DNA of 41,434 nucleotides from a virus (taxonomy: Duplodnaviria; Caudoviricetes), in IMG/VR virus record IMGVR_UViG_3300048849_000150, positions 1 to 41,434 of that record; one strand, given 5' to 3'. The notes under the pieces were generated by a model. The model saw nothing but the letters and a program-made list of their open reading frames with translations. It searched no databases and had not been told where the DNA came from. How positions within the stretch are numbered: the first letter of the stretch is position 1; every line of letters starts with the position of its first letter. Positions 16,550 through 25,340 of the stretch are shown here, in pieces. A program made the translations under genes and the position numbers.

Positions 16550-18276
16550 TGGATGACATCGCATTCTCCTGCCCTGACTGGTTCGAAAAACTGCAGGCCG
16601 GGAAAACGCCAATCTCTGACCTGCCGCTCGACGAAGTCCGTGCCGAATGCGCGGTCGCCCTTTTCAACAAGCTGCGCATACCGGACATCCGGGGAATGCC
16701 CACGATGGGGCAGGCAGCAGGAGAATGGATGCGCGATATCGTTCGCGTAGCTTTCGGTTCGGTTGACCCAAAGACGGGCAAGCGCTTTGTCGGCGAGATC
16801 TTCAACCTGGTGCCGAAGAAAAACGGAAAAACGACCAACGCGGCAGCGCTGGGCCTGATCGCGCTGATGATGAATACCCGGCCGAACATCGACGGCATGA
16901 TCGTCGGACCGACGCAGGAGGTAGCTGAGAAGTGCTTTGAGCAGGCCGTGGCAATGATCCGGGCCGACGAGTATCTGAACCGCCGGTTCCGTGTCGTCGA
17001 GCATAAGAAAACGATCATCGACGAGCACGTTGATCCCGAGACTGGCGTTCGAATGAATGCCAAGCTGAAGATCAAGAGCTTTGATCCTAAGGTTGTTACC
17101 GGCTCCATTCCTGCTTTCGCCATCCTCGACGAGCTGCACGTGATGGCGCACGCAAGTTTTGCCAGCCGCGTCATCGGTCAGATCCGTGGGGGTATGATCA
17201 CTAACGAGGAAAGCCTCCTCATCATCATCACCACGCAGTCCGAAGTGCCGCCGTTTGGCGTCTTCAAAGATGAGCTGCAGTATGCTCGCGGGGTAAGGGA
17301 CGGCCGGATTTCGGAGGGGGTGCGAATGCTTCCCATCCTCTACGAGTTTCCGGAAAGCATGCAGATCGACCCGGAGAAGCCCTGGCGAGATCCAGTGAAC
17401 TGGCCCTTGGTGCTCCCGAACCTCGGAAGATCCATCACGGTGGATCGGCTCAAGTCGGAATGGCGCACTGCCCAGGACAAGGGTGAAGGTCCGGCCAGAG
17501 AGTGGGCATCCCAGCATCTGAATATCCAGATCGGTCTGGCAATGCATTCCGACCGCTGGATCGGCTCCGACTACTGGGAAAGCGCCGCCGATCCCCAGAT
17601 CACCTACGAGTACATCAAGGCCAATAGCGATGTCGTCGTGGCTGGTGGAGATGTCGGCGGCCTGGATGACCTCTGGGGCCTTGCTATCCTTGGCCGACAC
17701 AAGGTCACCCGAAAGTGGATGCTCTGGGCGAGAGCCTGGGCGCAACCGATCCTTCTTACGCGCCACAAAGAGATCAGCGAGGCACTGCGCGGGTTCGAAA
17801 AAGACGGTGACCTGGTCATCTGCGAAAGGGTTACGCAGGATGCGGAAGAGGCTGCCGCCATTATCGTTGACCTGAGGAACGCAGGGCTGCTTCCGGAAAA
17901 GGGAGGTATCGGGCTCGATCCTGCCGGCGTCCCGGCGCTGCTCGAAGAGCTGGCGTTATACGAGGTTGGGTCGCCTTGCACTCAGGCAGTAAGTCAAGGT
18001 TACAAGCTTTCTTCCTCGATCTTCGGAGTGGAGAGGAAACTCGCCGATGGAACGCTCAGACACTGCGGCTCGCCCCTTCTGAACTGGTGCGTCGGCAACG
18101 TCATCGCTGAGGCGAGGGGCAACAACGTTTACCTATACAAGCGCACGGGCAGCGCGAAGATTGACCCGCTCATGGCCGCATTCAATGCCGCCGAGATGAT
18201 GAGCTACAACCCGAGTGCGTTCAAAGCCGAAAGCCTTGACGACTTCCTTTCGAACCCGATCATGGTAGGCGCTTGA
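16549..18276 (+). CDS. terL: Terminase large subunit
   Basis: Walker A PKKNGKT, Walker B ILDELH, IITT coupling motif, C-terminal KIDP nuclease motif. Confidence 0.97.
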   Translation: MDDIAFSCPDWFEKLQAGKTPISDLPLDEVRAECAVALFNKLRIPDIRGMPTMGQAAGEWMRDIVRVAFGSVDPKTGKRFVGEIFNLVPKKNGKTTNAAALGLIALMMNTRPNIDGMIVGPTQEVAEKCFEQAVAMIRADEYLNRRFRVVEHKKTIIDEHVDPETGVRMNAKLKIKSFDPKVVTGSIPAFAILDELHVMAHASFASRVIGQIRGGMITNEESLLIIITTQSEVPPFGVFKDELQYARGVRDGRISEGVRMLPILYEFPESMQIDPEKPWRDPVNWPLVLPNLGRSITVDRLKSEWRTAQDKGEGPAREWASQHLNIQIGLAMHSDRWIGSDYWESAADPQITYEYIKANSDVVVAGGDVGGLDDLWGLAILGRHKVTRKWMLWARAWAQPILLTRHKEISEALRGFEKDGDLVICERVTQDAEEAAAIIVDLRNAGLLPEKGGIGLDPAGVPALLEELALYEVGSPCTQAVSQGYKLSSSIFGVERKLADGTLRHCGSPLLNWCVGNVIAEARGNNVYLYKRTGSAKIDPLMAAFNAAEMMSYNPSAFKAESLDDFLSNPIMVGA

Positions 18277-19604
18277 TGACCAGTCGCACAAAGAAGCGCA
18301 CTCGCCAGTCCAGCGCGCCTGCGAACATGACACAGGAACAGGCGGTGGCAAAAAACCAGCGTCTAGAGCTGAAGGATGGAGCGGGCTGGGCGTCGGCGTA
18401 CGGGACCGGCAACCATGCCGGCAAGAGCGTCCATCTTCACTCCGTTCTGCAACTCTCGACGGCGTGGGCATGCATCCGGTTGACGGCACAGGCTGTCTCC
18501 TGCCTGCCGCTCGCGATGTACGAGCGGCGTGGCAATGACGACCGTGTAAGAGTTGAAGACGACGACGTCGCAGAGGTCATCTGCGATAGCCCGAACGAAG
18601 ATCAGACGGCTCTTGAGTTCTGGGAAACTCAGGTTGCTTGGATGGCTGCCACCGGGAACGCTTATGCGGAGAAGGTGGAGAATGGCCGGCGCCTGGTCGC
18701 GCTGCAGCCGATGCCCAGCACCCACTGCTTCCCCTTCCGGGACGCTGACGGCATCCTGAAGTACGCTTTCAGCGATCGCGGCAAGCATGAGGTACTGCCG
18801 CGGGAGAAGATCTTCCACCTTCGCGGCTTCGGGTTCGGTGGCGACGTTGGTCTGTCACCGATCCAGTTCGGGGCGCAATCTTTTGGCGCAGCGATCGCGA
18901 TCGACGAGGCGGCGGGCAAGCTCTACGGCAATGGCCTGCAGGCGAGCGGCGTTCTGTCCTCGGACAAGACCCTCGATAAGGACCAGCGCGAGCAGCTTCA
19001 GAAAATCATGGAGCGGTTCGTGGGCTCCCGCAATGCCGGCAAGTTGATGGTGCTTGAGGCCGGTCTCAAATACGACCGCCTGGCGCTGTCACCGGTCGAT
19101 GCGCAGATGCTGGAAAACAAGCGCTTCAGCGTCGAGGAAATCTGCAGATGGTGGGGTGTCCCGCCTGTCATCATCGGCCATGCGGCGCAGGGCCAGACCA
19201 TGTGGGGCTCCGGCGTTGAGCAGATCCTGCTGGCCTGGCTGACGCTTGGGATTGATCCTTTCTGCGACCGCATCGAGGCGCGGATCAAGAAGCAGCTGAT
19301 CCGCCCGACCGGCAATCGCCGCCGCTATGCCGAGTTCAACCGGGAAGCGCTGCTGCAGATGGACAGCAAGTCCAAGGCTGCCTTCCTGTCGACCATGACG
19401 CAGAACGGACTGATGACCCGCAACGAGGGCCGCGCAAAGCTGAACCTGCCGCGCGTCGACGGCGGCGATGAACTGACGGCGCAGACCAATCTGGCGCCGC
19501 TTCGGCAGCTTGGAGCCGCCAACGAAAACACCGCCGCGCGTGCTGCCATGCGGGCGTTCCTCGGCATCAACATGAACGAAGGGCAAACCCATGACGATCC
19601 GTGA
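18273..19604 (+). CDS. HK97-family portal protein
   Basis: AWACIRL, IFHLRGF..GLSPI, EEICRWWGVPP, GLMTRNEGR motifs. Confidence 0.96.
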   Translation: MMTSRTKKRTRQSSAPANMTQEQAVAKNQRLELKDGAGWASAYGTGNHAGKSVHLHSVLQLSTAWACIRLTAQAVSCLPLAMYERRGNDDRVRVEDDDVAEVICDSPNEDQTALEFWETQVAWMAATGNAYAEKVENGRRLVALQPMPSTHCFPFRDADGILKYAFSDRGKHEVLPREKIFHLRGFGFGGDVGLSPIQFGAQSFGAAIAIDEAAGKLYGNGLQASGVLSSDKTLDKDQREQLQKIMERFVGSRNAGKLMVLEAGLKYDRLALSPVDAQMLENKRFSVEEICRWWGVPPVIIGHAAQGQTMWGSGVEQILLAWLTLGIDPFCDRIEARIKKQLIRPTGNRRRYAEFNREALLQMDSKSKAAFLSTMTQNGLMTRNEGRAKLNLPRVDGGDELTAQTNLAPLRQLGAANENTAARAAMRAFLGINMNEGQTHDDP

Positions 19605-20448
19605 CCTCCCGGCCGCCAAGGTCAGCGCTCGCCCTGGTCTCCGGTCAGAACTCGCTCCATCGGCACTCGATCGGTGGAACGCTGATGTCCGCGCTGCCAC
19701 CAAGGATGACGCCGAGAACACGATCTCTGTGCTCGATCCGATCGGGGCGGACTGGTTCGGCGAAGGTGTGACGGCCAAGCGGGTCGCCGGCGCTCTGCGC
19801 GCGATCGGCAACAAGGATGTTGTCGTCACGATCAACTCGCCCGGTGGCGATTACTTCGAAGGGCTCGCCATCTACAACCTGCTTCGCGAGCATCCGGCAA
19901 AGGTCACGGCCAGGGTGGTCGGTATTGCGGCCTCCGCTGCCTCGGTAATAGCCATGGCGGCTGATGAAGTGCAGATCGCCCGTGCTGGGTTTCTGATGAT
20001 CCACAATACCTGGGTCGTTGCTGCTGGCGATCGGCACGCGATGCGGGATGTTGCCGACTGGCTTGAGCCTTTCGATCTCGCCGCTGTCGACATCTACTCG
20101 GCACGCTCTGGCATTGAGGCCAAGGAAATTGGCCGCATGCTTGATCGCGAGACCTGGATCGGCGGCGCGGATGCTGTCGAGAAGGGCTTTGCCGATAGCC
20201 TGCTTGCTGCCGACGAGATCGACAGCGGCACGAAGAATTCCTCCGATGCGCGGCCGCAGAATGCGATCCGCAAAATCGAACACTATCTCGCCAAGGCGGG
20301 CGTCAGTCGGAAAGAACGGACTGACCTCGTCATGGCGGTGAAAGGCAGCCAGCGAGATGCGGCTGCAACCGGCCTGCGCGATGCGGCCGTGCTTGCGGAG
20401 GTGTCGAACCTCCTCTCCGAAATCCGGTCCATCAAATCGAACGCATAA
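19591..20448 (+). CDS. ClpP-like head maturation protease
   Basis: INSPGGD, GIAASAASVIAMA, LMIHN, ETW motifs. Confidence 0.95.
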   Translation: MTIRDLPAAKVSARPGLRSELAPSALDRWNADVRAATKDDAENTISVLDPIGADWFGEGVTAKRVAGALRAIGNKDVVVTINSPGGDYFEGLAIYNLLREHPAKVTARVVGIAASAASVIAMAADEVQIARAGFLMIHNTWVVAAGDRHAMRDVADWLEPFDLAAVDIYSARSGIEAKEIGRMLDRETWIGGADAVEKGFADSLLAADEIDSGTKNSSDARPQNAIRKIEHYLAKAGVSRKERTDLVMAVKGSQRDAAATGLRDAAVLAEVSNLLSEIRSIKSNA

Positions 20449-20474
20449 GCGTTCCACCCCTCACGAGGTCTACT

Positions 20475-21980
20475 ATGAAACTCCGCACCCTTTGCGGCGT
20501 AATGGTGCTCGCTGCCCTTGCGCTGACCTTTCTCGTCTTCCCCTTCATCGACGCGTCGCACGCTGTTGCGGCGCTCCCGCACCCGGCTGTCGGCATGGCG
20601 ATGATCGCCATGGTCGGCGCTCCCTCCGGCGTCCTGGCCGACATGCGCAAGCACGCCATGCCTTCGGTTTCCATTCCCGCCCTCCTGCTGAACCGGCCGG
20701 TTGGCCTTATCGGCTCGGTGCGCAATGACGCGCAGGGTATTGAAAAGCTGCTGGGTGAAGTGCGCCAGGAACTGCAGCGCGTCGGCGACGACGTGAAGCG
20801 CACAGCCGAAGATGCCCTGAAGCAGTCGAAGGACTCCGGCGCCATCTCGGCAGACGTCAAGCAGAAGGCCGACGAGCTTCTGATGGCGCAGGGCAAGCTC
20901 TCGGCTGCCCAGGACAAGCTGTCCGAAAAGCTGGAAGCGCTCGAAACCCGAAGCACCGACATCGAGCAGAAGATGGCATCCCGCCGCAGCGGTGGCGGCG
21001 GCGATGAGCCGAAGTCGCTCGGTCAGATGGTGACCGAGTCCGACGAGGTGAAGAACTTCTTCGAACGCAGCGGCGCCAAGGGTGCCGTGCGCATCGTTGT
21101 CCAGAACGCGATCACCTCTGCCACCGGCTCGGCCGGCAGTCTGATCAGCCCGCAGCGGGATACGGAAGTTGTCGGCATCCCGCGCCGGCAGATGACGATC
21201 CGTCAGCTCTTGCAGGTCGGACGGACCACCTCGAACTCGATCGAGTATGCCCGTCAGCTGGCCCGCACCAACGCCGCCGCTGTCGTCGCGGAGGCGGCGC
21301 AGAAGCCGGAATCCAACTACACCTGGGAACTTGATGACGCTCCGGTGCGCACCATCGCCCACTGGGTGCCGGTATCGCGCCAAGCGATGGACGATATCCC
21401 GCAGCTGCAGAGCGAGATCGACGGCGAACTGCGCTACGGCCTGGACCTTGCCGAAGAAACCGAGATCCTGAAAGGTGACGGCACTGGTCAGCACCTTCAT
21501 GGCCTGGTGCCCCAGGCGACCGCTTATGCGGACCAGGGCCTGACCGTCATCGCTCCGACGAAGATCGACATCCTTCGTCTGGCGCTGCTGCAGGCATCGC
21601 TGGCGGAATACCCGGCCGATGGCATCGTGATCAACCCGATCGACTGGGCTGATATCGAGCTGACCAAGGATGGCGAAAATCGCTACATCTTCGCCAACGT
21701 CATCCAGATGGCCGGCCCGCAGCTCTGGGGTCGTCCTGTCATCGCTACCCAGGCGATGGACGTCGACGAGTTCCTGACTGGCGCCTTCCGCATGGCGGCA
21801 AAGGTCTGGGATCGCATGGACACCGAAGTCCTGATCTCCTCGGAAGATCGCGACAACTTCATCAAGAACATGCTGACCGTTCGTGCCGAAAAGCGCCTGG
21901 CGCTCGCCGTCAAGCGCCCGAAGGCTCTGGTGACCGGCGACTTCACCGCTGCCATCGCGGCAGTTCCTGAAGCTGCCTGA
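20475..21980 (+). CDS. HK97-family major capsid protein with N-terminal hydrophobic extension
   Basis: VAEAAQKPES, TIAHWVPVSRQAMDD, ILKGDGTG, FIKNMLTVRAEKRLALAV motifs; GAGG RBS before 20475. Confidence 0.96.
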   Translation: MKLRTLCGVMVLAALALTFLVFPFIDASHAVAALPHPAVGMAMIAMVGAPSGVLADMRKHAMPSVSIPALLLNRPVGLIGSVRNDAQGIEKLLGEVRQELQRVGDDVKRTAEDALKQSKDSGAISADVKQKADELLMAQGKLSAAQDKLSEKLEALETRSTDIEQKMASRRSGGGGDEPKSLGQMVTESDEVKNFFERSGAKGAVRIVVQNAITSATGSAGSLISPQRDTEVVGIPRRQMTIRQLLQVGRTTSNSIEYARQLARTNAAAVVAEAAQKPESNYTWELDDAPVRTIAHWVPVSRQAMDDIPQLQSEIDGELRYGLDLAEETEILKGDGTGQHLHGLVPQATAYADQGLTVIAPTKIDILRLALLQASLAEYPADGIVINPIDWADIELTKDGENRYIFANVIQMAGPQLWGRPVIATQAMDVDEFLTGAFRMAAKVWDRMDTEVLISSEDRDNFIKNMLTVRAEKRLALAVKRPKALVTGDFTAAIAAVPEAA

Positions 21981-21998
21981 TCGCTTCGGCTCATCAAG

Positions 21999-22020
21999 GC
22001 GGGCAGTTCCGGCTGCCCGC
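21999..22020 (+). terminator. Stem-loop after the capsid gene
   Basis: GCGGGCAG-TTCCGG-CTGCCCGC; no clear T tract. Confidence 0.5.
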
Positions 22021-22045
22021 TCTATGAACCGAAGGAGAGAAAACC

Positions 22046-22519
22046 ATGGATATAATTGCAACGCGTGGCAGCTTCGGCGACTTCGGTCGCGTCGTCAGGG
22101 GGCAGATCCTGAAGGACGTCCAGAGAGGCCATGCTGACAAATTGATCGCTTCCGGTGCCTTTCGGCAGGCGACGGCAGAGGACGCGAGGACGGCTGAGGT
22201 TCGAAAGAACGCCGGAGTCCTGGGCGCCAAGGCGGCATCCCTCAGGTCCGCCAAGCCGGCCACGATCACCGCAGAGGAAGCGGAGAAGATCCGTCAGTCT
22301 GCCGACGCTGCAGTCGCGACCGCACGAAAGACGGCGCAGGACCAGGTGGACGCTGCCAATGCGCAAGCCCAGGGAGCAAAGGAAGCACTCGAAGCGGCCA
22401 AGAGGGCGCATGCCGACGAGCTTGCCCAGGTGAAAGCCGATGCGGCTGCTCAGATCGCTGCAGTGAAAGACGAAGCTGCAAAGGCTGCTGTCGACCAGGT
22501 CGGCGCCTCGAAGAAGTAA
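22046..22519 (+). CDS. Head-associated hypothetical protein with Ala/Lys-rich coiled coil
   Basis: AAGGAG RBS; position between capsid and connector. Confidence 0.8.
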   Translation: MDIIATRGSFGDFGRVVRGQILKDVQRGHADKLIASGAFRQATAEDARTAEVRKNAGVLGAKAASLRSAKPATITAEEAEKIRQSADAAVATARKTAQDQVDAANAQAQGAKEALEAAKRAHADELAQVKADAAAQIAAVKDEAAKAAVDQVGASKK

Positions 22520-22528
22520 GGGCTGATC

Positions 22529-23098
22529 ATGGACCGTCATGTCCGGGTCGTTGAGGCCCCCAAGCCGATCGTGTCGTGGGACGAGATGAGAACCCACGGC
22601 AAGATCGAGGAGGAGTCCGAAAAGACTTATGTCGAAACACTCATCGAAGCTGCAACCGGCTGGATCGATGGGCCGACCGGTTGGCTCGGACGAACGATTG
22701 GTGTTCAGGTGCTGGAATTGCAACTGAGCGATTGGCCATGTTCGATGGCCGATCTCCCTTACGGACCCATCATTGAGCTTGTCTCGGTCGTCTACCTTGA
22801 CGCTGATGGTGCTGAACACCTGATCGACGTCCACGGTCTCTCCGACGACTTCGACCTTCCAACGGTGGAAGGGCGTCCTGGCGACGTGCGGATACGATAC
22901 CGTGCCGGCTATGGCGTGCTCGACGACGCTACGCCTCCGAAGTGGGTCAACACACCTCCAGCGGCGATCAAGGTCGCTGTCATGATGATCGTCTCGGAAT
23001 GGTACGAGTCGCGGTCGCCGGTTTCGGTAGGATCGTCATTCGACGAGCTTCCCATCGGTCCCCGCATGCTGCTGCAGCCCTACAGGGTCTATCGTTGA
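22529..23098 (+). CDS. Head-tail connector (gp6-like)
   Basis: LIEAATGWIDG..GWLGR; PAAIKVAVMMIVSEWYESR; LLQPYR. Confidence 0.9.
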   Translation: MDRHVRVVEAPKPIVSWDEMRTHGKIEEESEKTYVETLIEAATGWIDGPTGWLGRTIGVQVLELQLSDWPCSMADLPYGPIIELVSVVYLDADGAEHLIDVHGLSDDFDLPTVEGRPGDVRIRYRAGYGVLDDATPPKWVNTPPAAIKVAVMMIVSEWYESRSPVSVGSSFDELPIGPRMLLQPYRVYR

Positions 23099-23099
23099 T

Positions 23100-23447
23100 A
23101 TGGCTGTTTCACCAGGCAACCTCGACAGGCGCATCACCATCCAGCGCTCGACGTCAGCGAACGGGCCGCTCAACGAACCGGTAGAGACGTGGGCTGATCT
23201 GACTACGGTCTGGGCGCGCCGTCGCGATGCATCCGATAGCCAGAAGATCGAATTCATGGCAGCCGGCCAGACCGGATCATTCATCGTGTCCCGGTTCACC
23301 ATTCGCTCAAGCGAGATCGCACGCACAGTCACGCCCGTGGACCGGATCATCCACGACGGCAAGGTCTGGGACATCAAGGGCGTGAAGGAAGCCGACGAGG
23401 GCCGCCACCGCTTTCTTGAGATCACTGCATCAAGGGATGCCGACTGA
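23100..23447 (+). CDS. Head closure / head-tail adaptor
   Basis: GNLDRRITIQR...W.DLTTVWA...RFTIR motifs. Confidence 0.9.
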   Translation: MAVSPGNLDRRITIQRSTSANGPLNEPVETWADLTTVWARRRDASDSQKIEFMAAGQTGSFIVSRFTIRSSEIARTVTPVDRIIHDGKVWDIKGVKEADEGRHRFLEITASRDAD

Positions 23448-23893
23448 TGGCAAAAATCACTGTTAAAATCGACGGCCTCAAGGAGCTGGATCGGGCTCTT
23501 GGCCAGTTGCCGAAGTCCACCGCAAAAGCGGCTTTGCGCCGGGTTCTGAAAGAAGGCGGCGAACTGATTGCCAGTGCGGCTCGCAGCAGAGCTCCGGTCG
23601 ACGAGCATTATCTCTACGAGAGCATCGACGTTTCCACCAAGCTGAGCCGACGCCAGCGCTCGCTTCACAGAGAGCGAGGCGGTCAAGCTTTTCAGGAGAT
23701 GTTTGTCGGCACCAATAACCCTGCGGGTGTCCAGCAGGAATTCGGTAACGAGCGCCATGGCCCGCAGCCTTTCATGCGACCAGCCTGGGATTCGACCAAG
23801 GATGCCGCGCTGGAGCGGATCAGCGTTTTGCTGTGGGGCGAGATTGAAAAGTCTGCGCAGCGGGTGGCGGACAGAGCAGCGCGGGTCAAGTGA
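23447..23893 (+). CDS. HK97 gp10-family tail morphogenesis protein
   Basis: GLKELDRAL...APV...QEFGN...PQPFMRPAW. Confidence 0.9.
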   Translation: MAKITVKIDGLKELDRALGQLPKSTAKAALRRVLKEGGELIASAARSRAPVDEHYLYESIDVSTKLSRRQRSLHRERGGQAFQEMFVGTNNPAGVQQEFGNERHGPQPFMRPAWDSTKDAALERISVLLWGEIEKSAQRVADRAARVK

Positions 23894-24258
23894 TGGAGCA
23901 GGCTTTGACTGATCTGCTGGCTCCAGTGGCTAGCGGGCAACGCTATTGGGTCCGCGCGCCGCAGAAGGTATCGAGGCCATACGTCGTGCTGAACCGCGTT
24001 GGTGGCGAAGAGAATTACCACATGCAGGGGCCCTCCGGCTTCGTATCAAGCCGCGTCCAAATCGACTGCTACGCCGACCGATATTCTGACGTGACCGCTG
24101 TCGCTCGATCAGTGAAGGCTCTGGTCTCCGGATACGCTGGCGGGGTCATCCAAGGCATTTTCGTCGAGAGCGAAAGAAACCTTCCTGCCGCGGACGCGGG
24201 TGAGGTGAGTAGCCTGTTCCGCACTTCAATCGACATCACTGTTCTACACGGAGAATAA
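23890..24258 (+). CDS. Tail terminator (DUF3168 family)
   Basis: PYVVL...RVQIDCYA; position before the tail tube gene. Confidence 0.85.
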   Translation: MMEQALTDLLAPVASGQRYWVRAPQKVSRPYVVLNRVGGEENYHMQGPSGFVSSRVQIDCYADRYSDVTAVARSVKALVSGYAGGVIQGIFVESERNLPAADAGEVSSLFRTSIDITVLHGE

Positions 24259-24262
24259 GACA

Positions 24263-24691
24263 ATGACGGAAGCTCGCATCGGCTACGGCACCCAGTATGA
24301 AGTCTGGGATACCACCCTTCCCATTCCCGCTTTCGTTCCGATCGCGGAGGTCACCAGCGTTACTCCAGGCGCTGCGTCCGCAGATCGTATTGACGCCACA
24401 CATATGCTGAGCCCTGGCCGCCGGCGGGAGTACATTGCCGGGCTGATCGATAACGGTGAGGCCTCTTTCGAAATCAACTGGGTTCCAGGAAGCGACACAG
24501 ACGAACTGCTTCGCTCCCTGATGGCTTCTGGCGAGACCGTCCAGCACCGCATCACGTTCCCGAACGGCGTGACTGTGGCGTTCGACGCGGCGATCACGGG
24601 CTATGAGAAGGAAATTCCTGTCGACGATCGCATGACAGCGACGGTCACGGTCGCCGTCTCGGGTGAAGAAACCTGGGGAGTTGCCGCGTAA
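24263..24691 (+). CDS. Major tail tube protein
   Basis: IDATHMLSPGRRREYIAGLIDNGE...DDRMTATVTVAVSG. Confidence 0.9.
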   Translation: MTEARIGYGTQYEVWDTTLPIPAFVPIAEVTSVTPGAASADRIDATHMLSPGRRREYIAGLIDNGEASFEINWVPGSDTDELLRSLMASGETVQHRITFPNGVTVAFDAAITGYEKEIPVDDRMTATVTVAVSGEETWGVAA

Positions 24692-25041
24692 TGGCGAACA
24701 AGGAGCGAGGCGAGGTCAGCTTCGATGCCGCTGGCAAGACCTGGACCATAAAAATCGGCACGGGCGCCATGTGCGAGATCGAGGCGGAAACCGGCAAAAG
24801 CATCGCGGAAGTCGGACAGGCGCTCGGCAGCGAGAAGACGGCCAGCCTGACCCTGATGCGGGCGGTTTTCTGGGGAGCTCTCCAGCATCGCCATGAAGGA
24901 ACTACCCTTCGAGATTGCAACGACCTGATTGATGAGATCGGCGTACAGCGCGTCGGCGAGTTGATCGGCGAGGCCTTCCAGCTCGCTTTCCCCAAGAAGG
25001 AAGGCGGCTCGCGCCCTCGGAAGGCGACGGCGGCCGCATAG
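24691..25041 (+). CDS. Tail assembly chaperone (G-like)
   Basis: MANKERGEV start; between the tail tube and tape measure genes. Confidence 0.85.
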   Translation: MANKERGEVSFDAAGKTWTIKIGTGAMCEIEAETGKSIAEVGQALGSEKTASLTLMRAVFWGALQHRHEGTTLRDCNDLIDEIGVQRVGELIGEAFQLAFPKKEGGSRPRKATAAA

Positions 25042-25340
25042 GCTGGCCGTCGCTTATCAGCGCATGGGTAGAAGCAGGACAGGCCTACGAGCTGTTTTGG
25101 CGGCTCACGCTTCGCGAAATCGGCGTCATCCTAAAGGGCCTCACAGATCAGCGAACCAGGGAGCGGGACGAGAGAATGTCTCTCGCCTGGCATATCGAGG
25201 CCCTCGCCCGCACGAAGAAGATGCCGAAGCTGGAAACCATGCTGAGCAGCAAGAAGGCGCCCGGAGGCAAGACGATGACAGCCGAGCAGATTGAGGCTGT
25301 GACCCGCAGTTGGCTGTCCTCGCGACACAGGAAGAAGTAG
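24987..25340 (+). CDS. Tail assembly chaperone T-like extension, probably made by -1 frameshift (absent from the ORF track)
   Basis: -1 frame translates to GWPSLISAWVEAGQAYELFWRLTLREI...SLAWHIEALARTKKMPKL...RKK*, ending immediately before the tape measure ATG. Confidence 0.75.
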   Translation, partial: FPQEGRRLAPSEGDGGRIGWPSLISAWVEAGQAYELFWRLTLREIGVILKGLTDQRTRERDERMSLAWHIEALARTKKMPKLETMLSSKKAPGGKTMTAEQIEAVTRSWLSSRHRKK

